Positions 53,892-64,000 of a DNA stretch of 64,000 bases are shown here, in pieces. Each line of letters starts with the position of its first letter. The first letter of the stretch is position 1. Both the position numbers and the translations under genes were made by a program. The DNA is from Ptychomitrium polyphyllum. Its lineage: Eukaryota. The notes under the pieces were generated by a model that saw nothing but the letters and a program-made list of their open reading frames with translations, had not been told where the DNA came from and did no database searches. The stretch covers positions 5,704,001-5,768,000 of the forward strand of contig OZ316775.1 in assembly GCA_973851085.1 (NCBI GenBank), read 5' to 3'.

Positions 53892-56800
53892 GGTCCTTCA
53901 CCGTCTTGAACTCACCACAGAGAATATTCCCTCCCTCACGTTGTGCTCCTCCTTCTCCTCTCACTGAATCCACTTTTGACACATAGGTGCCGATTTACAT
54001 GTTTACGCGCCCAAAAGAGCGTAGCAAACAATCTGGCACTACAATACTCCTTCGCCACGATTTTGCGCCATAGCTTTACAAGGTTCGATGGCTATTGTGT
54101 GCTGATGTAATAGCTTGCGGGTCAACACTCGTCCCCTTTTCTTTTAACTCAACCTGTGCGCAAAAAGAGATTAGAGGACGATCAGTCTTGAGTATCCCAG
54201 TTCGGCAACCTTTTCTAACAAGCACTTCGGCAAGACCCTTCGGCATCCACCCAGAGGACCACGAACACCGAAGAGCTACATAATTACAGTAACAAAGCTT
54301 GGCAAGACCCTCCAATCCCAGAACTCAGTCTCCTCACAACTATCCTGGTGGTTTGAGCATGCTTAAGCCACTGAGACACCTTAATCCCACTATCTAGACC
54401 CTAGTCGGACGCAATGAGCGGCTTCCAGCCTCTCAACTTCTTTTCTGAAACTTTTCCTACAGCATGTAGCTTTTCGCTCTCCTCTTAAATGGTTACTGAT
54501 CATGACAACAACTTCAGGTTTGCCTTCACTGCATGCGGTACTAACTCCTAAGGCAACCGATAACAACATACTCTAATCCAGTAAAGATAACTGCAGGCCG
54601 CACTCAAAACATCGACCGATTCGGCTGCCTTGCCCATTCTCCAACTGACTCCACCCCACAAGGTTCATTTCTAGCCATTGCCATGCCCTTCGTCCGTGTC
54701 CAACTTGAACTTCGAATCATGCTCATCATGCTCACAGCAATCGCAACACGGGGTTGAAGAAATCAACCACTACTGAAATGAAACAAACGCTATCAACTCG
54801 AGCCATGAGTCCATCGGCCTTCCAAACAAGTAGAATTAAGGCTAATTCACAGCAACGGGGGTACTCAGCCATGAGTACCACATACCTTGAAAAGCGCAGC
54901 TCCTGAACCCAAACCCAATCAACCTCCTCCTACAAAGTTAACAACGTTTCCACTTCAGAACTTTCACCTGCAAGCTCCACTAGCCGATCATACAGGAGCA
55001 AACCAAGCTGCAAACCGTGCCCACTCTTGCCCAAACTTGAGTCTTTCCAAGATGTGAAGAGTCAGAGAGACAAACGAAACGCCGGCAACCGGAGGGCGTA
55101 CATTAAGGACCACCGGACGGGAGGAACCTTCGGTGAGCGACTTCCAAAAGCCCAGTTGGGTCTGCGTGAATGGCAGTGGGACGGACAACAGCCGCTTGAA
55201 AGGTGATCGCAGGAACCCAAATTCTGGGGATGACTCTGTCCCAGATCTGTGAGTAATATTCTCAGGGCACTCTGTGTACTGTACTCCACTGCTGTGTGTA
55301 AGCCAGGGGTGAAAGAGAGAGTGAAAAATCTACTTATTTTCAAATGCCGTGAATCTAGGGTCCTTTCACTGGGGGAGGATGTTCTTTGAAGGTTGGGTGA
55401 CCCATTGCAGTATCTTATCATAGCTGTCCCCACAAGTTTGGCAATGCAAAATGTAAGCTTGAGGAAAAAGGAAGAAGCTGAAAATTTTCCTTTTTCGTTT
55501 CTTTCTCTTTCCTTTTTGTTTTTTCTTGATATTTGTAGGATGTTGAACTGCTTGGTATGGAACTAACATTTCAATATTGCTCTTGCATATTGAAATTGTA
55601 GGTATGGTAGATCTCCAAGGAGTATTGTTGCAATTTATAAGTTCTCGAAATTATCTTTTGAGGAGGCAATAATATATACTAAGCTTTCAACGAACGACTT
55701 CTTGTGGACACAAGCTCCAAATTTAGAAGAAATAAATGCTAGATTCATGCCGTCTTCATTAAAGAGGGTAAAATTCTTTCCTACTAGAAGGGTTGTTATG
55801 TTGAGAACATTTGATGTTGATCTTAAGAACATAAGGAATGTGGGTGATCAATTTTCAAGCAAGGAAAGAATTTGGGTCAAGGGTATCTACAGAAGTCAAG
55901 TTGTATTGCACCTACAACTTGTATCCAAAACGTATCATTTGGCTATAGGTGAGACGTTTATATTGGTAGAGAAGAAAGTCATATGTATTTCTTTCTTATA
56001 TTACAATTGTCTAAAGCATGAATTGCATAACTACCATATCATGCAGCAAAGGTTCAAGCCATGGCAAAAAGTTATTTAATGGTGTAGTAGAGGTAAAAGA
56101 AGTTGTTTGTGGTTAAAATCTAGATGAAGGTGTTGAAAAGGTCAAGCGAAGTGATTGGATGAGCTAATCCACATTGGCCAAGTTGCCCACCAAAAGATAA
56201 TTCTACATAGTTCCAAGTGATATAAGTTATAATAACAAAAATTAGTTTATAACAAAAAAGGAAAATTTGAGCTTCTTTTGTAAAACCAATCTGAATTGAG
56301 AAGATGTTCCTTCCCAACACTTCAACAAAAAGCTTGATCCTTTTAAAACCCTTGACTTTTGAATACATAACTTAAGATCACTTTTTGATATGAGGTTCTT
56401 TTTCATACAAACTCTTAATTGGCATATAATACCAACTAGAATTGAATTTAAACGTATTTGAAATGTATTTGGATAGAATTATTTTAAGTTTTAAAAGAGT
56501 GATTTTAGCTACATCAAAAGCTTCTTTTATTATAGCTAATAATAGTCTTCTCTTTTGTTTTATCAGATCATTCAACAAAGTTTTATCAAAATTGTTTTCT
56601 ATTATGAAAGAAGTTCCAAGTAATTACAGAGCTTTAAAATTTTCTTAAGGGTTTGATTCAGTTATGAAAATTTGTTCTAATAAAAATTTATAACTATATG
56701 TATTAAAACCTAAAAGCTTATTTATTTAAGTTCAATTCCTTAGCACTATTGAATTTTAATCTTTGAACTTGATTTTGTGACTACATTGTACAATGATAAT

Positions 56801-59724
56801 GTTATTAATACATCATTGAATTTCTAATGGGATTTCAATTTTCCAACATAACCAACATTGCCTGCCAGCCTCAAGACTCAGTGTTAGTTAGAATCTACAC
56901 ATCTTTTTTTGTGTTGACTGGGTTAGTTTAGAGTTTTGTAACCTGGGACTCAACAGCAACAAACATTCCTTTTACCCTTTCCAATGAAGTAACTTAGGAT
57001 AGTTCCACAGTTTCCTAATGAGGTACATGAGATTACATAGATTAAACAACAAATGAAAGGTGCACCCAAAAAGTCAAGAGAGGAGATGATTGTGGCCATG
57101 ATGTGGTTTAAGTATGAACAACACACTAAAGCGCAATACTGGTTCATGGTAACTTTTGTGGCCAGCTATCCCAAATGATGCTGCTGTAGCTTGTAGGTTT
57201 CCATAGGATCAAAAGCTGTGCCCTGGGTTCAACTGGATTGCAATCCTTAACAAAATGGGCTTTCACATTCCTAACTGAATTGGATGCAGGTATGGGCAGT
57301 TAAAGTGGACTTTGGCTTCTAATGTCAACCTGCTTAGCGACAATTGGTAGAATCAGTGGTTGGATTAGAAACTTATGCAAATAATGAACTTGCAGAGAAT
57401 ATTCTTGCACAACCTTTAAAACACTCTATAATTGATTTTCTTCACATTTTGCACACAGTATTGAATAACATAATTGTATATCCACATCTGGACAATGGAA
57501 CCAAATTGACAAAGTCTGCTGAATCATCCACAAAAATGCAACTTTCTGTTTGCAAGATGGAGACACAGTCAAGTCCAATGCTCTAAAGTCATACCCAATT
57601 CTCAGAATTGAAACAGCTGTTCACTTGGAAATTGGTGGCCTTACAATAATAAAAGCTTCTTGAAATTATGAAAAAGGAATAGTGAAATCTGCATAAAATT
57701 TTGAGATACGTAGCCAAATTTAACTTAGGTATGAACCAAGTACCATTGTAGTATTATCACGTATCACCCAATTATTTTGTAAATAACTGGTGCTTTGTTT
57801 GAAAATTAAAAAAAGAATAATGCTAATATGATATGGCACAACTGCATATAAGGTCAACTAATTAATTCCACATGCAATTCTTTCCTTTCAAGTGGTAGTC
57901 AATTTTTGCAGTGAAGCTAATGCATTTTCCTTGGTGGCAATGTATACTCACTACAACCAAAGATAAAGACAAATTTAACAAAAAAATAATTCCGAGTCAC
58001 CTTCATCAATAGAAGTAATATGTATGTAATGTTGTAGAATTTGTTAATGTATAGGCTTTGCATATTTTGAATTTTTTTTGATTTGTCAAAAGATCACATT
58101 AAATTTTGGAATTTTTAGTTTGTGTTTTTTTAGAAGGTTGTTTATTTCATTATTTTTCAAAAAAATTTAGAATATAAAAATTTATACATTGTGTTAACAT
58201 AAAGGTATTATTTCACTAATGCAAAGAGATTTTAAAATTTTATAATATTGTATTACTAGAGTTATTTATTAGGGGCCCAATTCTTAGAACCAATTTAAAG
58301 CTATGCCAAACTAAAAAAAGGACATGAAACTTAAAAGAAAAAAAATAATAAAAATTGTGTGAATTTTTCCTTTAATTTTGAAAAGCTAGTGCTTTATTTT
58401 ACTATTGTTTGTATCTTATGTACTGAAACAATGGTATATTGCAAAGTTTAAACCCACCACCCATTATTTCATGTAGAAGAATCAACATCAAATATTTTAA
58501 TTCTTAGTTGCAAGTTCCAATCCCTCAAGATTGAGATATCTATCTTGTCAAAGCAATCCAAAGATGAAAATTAACCCTTTTGTGACCAAACTGGCCACAT
58601 GACCAAAATGAACTCTTAGATTTTGAGTTTGTTTTTCTTACACTGTATTTTGTCCACTTGGTTCATATAACCAAATTGCTTCACCTTTGAACATTTGCAA
58701 TATGCTGGCATATTGATTGGAATAAAATCATCCTTGCCACCTCAGTCTTTTAGTAATGCAAGGTTCTATTGATACAGGCTAATATTGTCCCACATCTGAG
58801 GAGTTTTGTCACCATCTCTGACAGTATATGATGTACTTTCTCACTGAGAGATGAAGTCAAACTAGAAAAGATGTGGGCCTAGTAACCCATGAAATACAGA
58901 CAATTCTTAATGTAACCATAAAGTGTAGCCATATTTGTAACCTGATCTTTCTGGATGCATGGCTTCCATGCTAATCCACCTGTACTACAAGCTAAATTAC
59001 GTACAAGTATCATAGTCAGCTATGGGCAATGGACAAAGTGTACCTGCAGCTAGGGTACTAGACTTATATGGTATCACAATTTGACAATAAACTAGTACCT
59101 ACATGGACTGTGGAACCTGAACTATTGACTGTGCCTGAAAGAAGAAGTGTGCAGTGCACTACAAGCATTTGCAGTGCTGTGCAGTGCTGATGCTATTTCC
59201 CACACTACAAAGCTCAATTATATATCTTCAATCATCTAAGTCTTTTGACACCATGAATTCATAAGCAATAGCAAACCAGGTACACTCTTCCTGTGATGTG
59301 CCATGCAGGGTTGTCTATTGGTTTGTCCACCTACCCATGACCTCTGTGACGACATCCAACAAACTCCATGTTCATCCAATGATGGTCAACATAGGTTTGA
59401 CTGCTAACATGGTAAGTGAAAACTTACCCACGTAGCCCTCTAAGTAGCTAGTTGGGAATGCAATTTGGGAATGCAATTGCTATGACAGAAGCATTTTGGA
59501 CCAGGTACAAGCGCTGATTAGGAGTGCGGGTGCTTGACATTGCACACGACCTTCATGGCTATGTGTAGGCCTCCATGACCTGGCACAAGGCTCACTAGCA
59601 TTTGCTAAGCACAAGAGCCTTTGTAGAAGGTACAAGCCCTTTTCCCAAGGTGAATGGAAGGTGAATGGAATTTAAATTCCGTACATGTAATTTGCTTCTA
59701 ATTTTTTTTTAAAATGTCTTGAAT

Positions 59725-60092
59725 TATCACAAACGTAGGTCATATAATATAGTCTTTAGAATCTTCTAGAACCTTTTGGTACATTGTAGTAGTTTTTTAG
59801 AATACTTTAAATGCTTCCGTAGCTATTCCACATCTTTAAGAAACTTCTTAAGGAGATTCCACTTCATTGGAATTTTAAAAAAAAGGTTATACTTTTTTTA
59901 AAAACTTTTTAGGAAGGTTTTATAAACTTCTAGAATATACTTAAGCTTCATAAGAAGTTTTTTTAGAAGTATCTGAGGAAATACAAGCATCATAGTATAA
60001 ATAGGAAGCAAGCCAACATTTACTTTAGTCTTGCCAATATAAGTTGTAAATCATATTGTATTGTGGCTTTTGTTCTAATTTTTGTATTAACA
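59725..60092 (+). mobile_element. Degenerate, 3'-truncated LTR relic, same family as 1030-1507
   Basis: TATCACAAACGTAGGTCATATAATATAGTCTTTAGAATCTTCTAGAACC...CATAGTATAAATAGGAAG...TTAGTCTTGCCAA is colinear with the solo LTR. Confidence 0.88.
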
Positions 60093-60798
60093 ATTGATTT
60101 CTAATACTATTTCAATTTGATACCTTAATATAAGCCAAGCTTGAATGAATGATCATTATGATGGAATTAGCTTCTCATTTATATTGAACACCATCTCTAC
60201 TATCTTCAATAATAGAATTTTTTTCCTTTATTTCAACATCTAATTATTTTTTAACATAATTTTAAAATTAATTTAATTTGATTTTTACATTAGGAAATAT
60301 TTTATGTTTGTTTGAATATTGCTATACATACAAAAAAAAAAAAACCTATTATTGATTGTATACAACAATCTGTATCTCACATTGATTTCATAATAAATTG
60401 TACTACCAAAAGATCATATTTAAATTTTGTATTTTTATATTTCAAATATATCTTCATTTTAAATATGAATTATCTTGAATAAATTAAATTGTATACATAA
60501 TGAAAGTATTATAGCATCAAAAACCACTTTTGAATAATGTCACATTGTAAACCGTTACCATTATTAAAACACAAAGTTTGATTTATCATAATTAATTTGG
60601 AGTTCACAATAGTCTTTTATACATTACTCAAACATTTATGTAAATAAAAATAGTCATTGTGAATAAATAAAATTATAAGATAAATACAATCCACCTTAAA
60701 AGTGTTATTATAATATTAATTAAGTTAATGACCTATACACAAATGATTGTAATTCTCCTCAGGCCCCTAAACATCTTGTCCGTTATATATACACACAC

Positions 60799-61142
60799 TC
60801 ATTCATTCATTCATTCATTCATTCATTCATTCATTCATTCATTCATTCATTCATTCATTCATTCATTCATTCATTCATTCATTCATTCATTCATTCATTC
60901 ATTCATTCATTCATTCATTCATTCATTCATTCATTCATTCATTCATTCATTCATTCATTCATTCATTCATTCATTCATTCATTCATTCATTCATTCATTC
61001 ATTCATTCATTCATTCATTCATTCATTCATTCATTCATTCATTCATTCATTCATTCATTCATTCATTCATTCATTCATTCATTCATTCATTCATTCATTC
61101 ATTCATTCATTCATTCATTCATTCATTCATTCATTCATTCAT
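60799..61142. repeat. (TCAT)n microsatellite, ~86 perfect units
   Basis: Uninterrupted TCAT tract of ~344 bp. Confidence 0.98.
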
Positions 61143-61959
61143 ACTGAAATGTATTCCTCTAAGCCCATCAACTCTCACTAGTAGATGCTGTAAGCAACTA
61201 ATATGTTTATTGCGGTTTTGTTGAACAAACCGCAGCGCAAATTCTAGCTTGCATATTCCACCTCATAAGGAAATCAATTCATGGTGTAACGCTCTGGTGT
61301 GGCTTTGTAAGGCTCCAATTTCAGCATCCAAACGTTATTTTCTCCACATGCCTGGAGGACATCAAACTCCACCTCTTAATCTCTGGAGTAGGCAAGACAA
61401 GTTACAAGGAGGTCATTGCATCATTTTACATAGCCAGTGAACATCTGTACAAGTCAATAATAATTTTACAAGTCAATTACAATTTGAGCCTTAAGGTAAT
61501 AAGTGATCCTTCCTCCACCTTCTCAAGACTCACTCCCCTATTATCCTGGTCCTAGAGATTCCAAGCCAAAGTAAAAGTCTCTGACTCTGGCTTGTTGATC
61601 AAACCTGAAGGACCACTCATGATCCTACAGTACACTGATCTTCATTCCTGGGTTCGCAGTAGATCTGTTTTGGTAGAAGCTTACTTCGATTTTCCAAACC
61701 ATTGCTCCTTGGCTAAGTCATGAACAAATCTGATCTTGCTTCTCGCAATATCACTGATGGGTGGACTAAATACAATGGATATTCGAGGGTTGCCTGGTAT
61801 ATTACGATTCTTGGACATATGAGTGTAGACAAGGAGACATGGATGGTGATGTGGGACAGCCCCTCTGATCAATTATGAGTAAACAATTGCTCTGGGCACC
61901 CTGAAGTGGTAGCAGCTTGACGAGCCCAAATGTAAGGCATTTCTTCTGAGGCATAAAAG

Positions 61960-64000
61960 TTATCTGTAGCTCTCCATCTCCTGTTCTGAGGGCGGGTCTT
62001 GCATTATCCGTGCTGCATGAGAATGTACATACAATGAAAGATATATCATAATCAAGCGTGCATAGTCAAGGGATACTCTCAAAAATCTTTACATAAAATG
62101 TCAAAAATGTGACTCTATTGTCTCGACGCACATCGTCAGACTACTCGGGACCTGCAGCTAATTTACATATTATGTTCTTGAGAATGGATGTAGGCAAGTG
62201 AAACCGAAAACTGAGCTTACCCTGCTTTTCCTGAAAACGAAGCTCGTGGAGCTCTTGTAAAACTGCACAGCAGCAACAACAGGCATGTGTCCAGTAATCA
62301 CCACAACATTCACCCTGCACGAGTTCGTTTCGTAAGTACTTGAACGATGACAGACATTGAATTTGGAAACAGAATTGCAGATGCAGGATTGACTCCATGG
62401 TTGAGCAATTAAATTTTCTCAACGTTATATCCCAGATGGTGATATTTACTCCATCTGTGAGGCGTTTTCACATACCGGTATGTTGAACCTTTGGCGGACC
62501 TTGCGTCGTATGCAACAAGTATAGCAATAGCACCCACCATAGAGAGTATGAAACGCCAATTGATTGCACGCAGAATTTTGAGCTGCACGAGTTCACGAAT
62601 TAATTTTCCTGTCTACCCACAGTGCTGGAAATAAAGGCTAACATAACAGTGCCTCAACATGGAGGAACATGCTTAAATATGCTCTTAAAACAACAGACAA
62701 ACCATAAGACTCGTTCCAGTCAAACGAACACTCAAAAGGTGACAATACACCATCCAGTTCTACAAAACTCATTCCTCCAAATAAAGTATCAAAGAGCGAC
62801 TCACAAGTTTGGCCCTCTGTGACTGTGTCTGCAACAAGAGTAAACGTCTCGCAAGGGTAGCAGAAAGTTTCAATACCTGTTCCATACAACCATCAAAAGC
62901 ACATTGAATATTAGCAAAGAGAAAATTTTAAAAGGTACATTTCAAAGTTTGAAATCTACTCTATGAGAAACAGCTTAAGCCTTATACTTACATAAGCAGG
63001 GGTCAGAGCAACACTCGAAGAGGTCGTGATGCCAGTCTTCGATCTGGTAGACGTTGCTGCGGACACTACGGACGCTATGGCTGGGTGACGATGGATATGA
63101 AGAATCTTTTCTCGCTGCTCCATCGTACGTAAGCTTCTGGTGAGGAGGGTACCCTTGCCTGCAAGAAAAATCCCCTTGAGTGCATAAATAGTCTGAAATC
63201 TCAATTCCAGGGCAGTACTCTTAGAGAACAAATATGTGCACCGGTTGATCCTTTGTCTGCAAGGTGGATGCCAAGATGGTTTAAGATCATCACGTACAAA
63301 GAAGGCTTTGGATATTTGACATGGCGCTTTGATGACTCCTTCACCGCTCCAGTCGCCTTGTGATGCTTCTGCGGTCTTTCTTCCTCTTCCTCGTCTTCCT
63401 CACATATTTGAGACATGGCTTCCTCCAGGATCACCGGATCAGCTACAGCAGCTTCTGTGAAGTCGATGAGGTGCTCTATAACCTCGCATTCCTCTGCTTC
63501 CATGCATGCCTGCACATTGGCGCACTCATGTTATATACATAATCCCAAATTAATGCCAGCAAATATAGAATAAATTGCTGAGGCATTCCGCAGATTGAAG
63601 ATGAACATTCTAATGAACCTTGCTTCTATAAACCTGTCAGAATTTCTTCACCATAGTAATCTGGAAAACACCTGCACTGGATAATTTGGTGGTTTCCTCC
63701 GACTTTCAAGCTCATTGAGATACCGACGGAGATCAGATCCTTTGTGTCGAAAGTTCTTGTACATTCTCAAGATAAGCAATTGTGTTCAGAGCACATAAAG
63801 AAGGATAATCTACGCTCAGATAGCAGATGAAATGTGCCAAAACTTTGGGGCTAATTAACGAGTGACTAACCCTCATATGATCCAGCTCTTTCCGCAGCTT
63901 GATATTTTCTTCCCGCAAGGCAAGGTCCAATGGCATACCAGGGTAGCGCCGTGACAACTGCCTGGATAAACGGAGTGAGTCTCTCTTCGTGCGCTCGGGC
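61960..64000 (-). CDS. MCA: Full-length MCA/CNR13-type mechanosensitive Ca2+ channel (coiled coil + PLAC8); 5' part lies outside the window
   Basis: Exons >64000-63871, 63509-63298, 63158-62992, 62876-62805, 62582-62476, 62314-62221, 62012-61960. Reads RYPGMPLDLALREENIKLRKEL, ACMEAEECEVIEHLIDFTE, then PLAC8 DWHHDLFECCSDPCLCIETFCYPC...YTCCIRRKVRQRFNIPGECCGDYWTHACCCCCAVLQELHEL, ending PPSEQEMESYR*. Confidence 0.93.

Noticed and set aside
60728..61147. 139-aa ORF of HSFI repeats
   Set aside because: It is only the translation of the TCAT microsatellite.

Overview
Eukaryotic plant genomic DNA with GT-AG introns. Gene content, intron style and LTR sequence suggest a moss, most likely Physcomitrium patens (inference). 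GC-richer gene islands alternate with very AT-rich, TE-derived intergenic DNA. Left to right: a degenerate Ty3/gypsy element (- strand) with a solo LTR nested in its leader (5-bp TSD CTAAC); an intact 4-exon UBC8/UBC4-5-class E2 gene (-); a type-D nsLTP (-); hAT-like and Tc1/mariner transposase fossils and further LTR relics; a class III peroxidase pseudogene (+); a 100-N gap; an 8-exon USP-like-domain receptor-like cytoplasmic kinase (+); QCR8 of mitochondrial complex III (+); a 17-exon, ~684-aa gene (-); a degenerate SpoVS-like relic; and two tandem MCA mechanosensitive-channel paralogues (-), one lacking PLAC8, separated by ~86 perfect TCAT repeats. Most interesting: (1) the 17-exon protein appears to fuse an Elongin-C/Skp1-like adaptor, a BC-box/Elongin-A-like receptor module and RNI-like LRRs in one polypeptide; (2) almost the whole of kinase intron 4 is homologous to the intron of the unrelated neighbouring QCR8 gene; (3) the short MCA lacks PLAC8 and has Asn at the Asp21-equivalent site. 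Exon models were built by hand from splice consensus and reading-frame phase. Family calls come from recognised motifs, not database searches.
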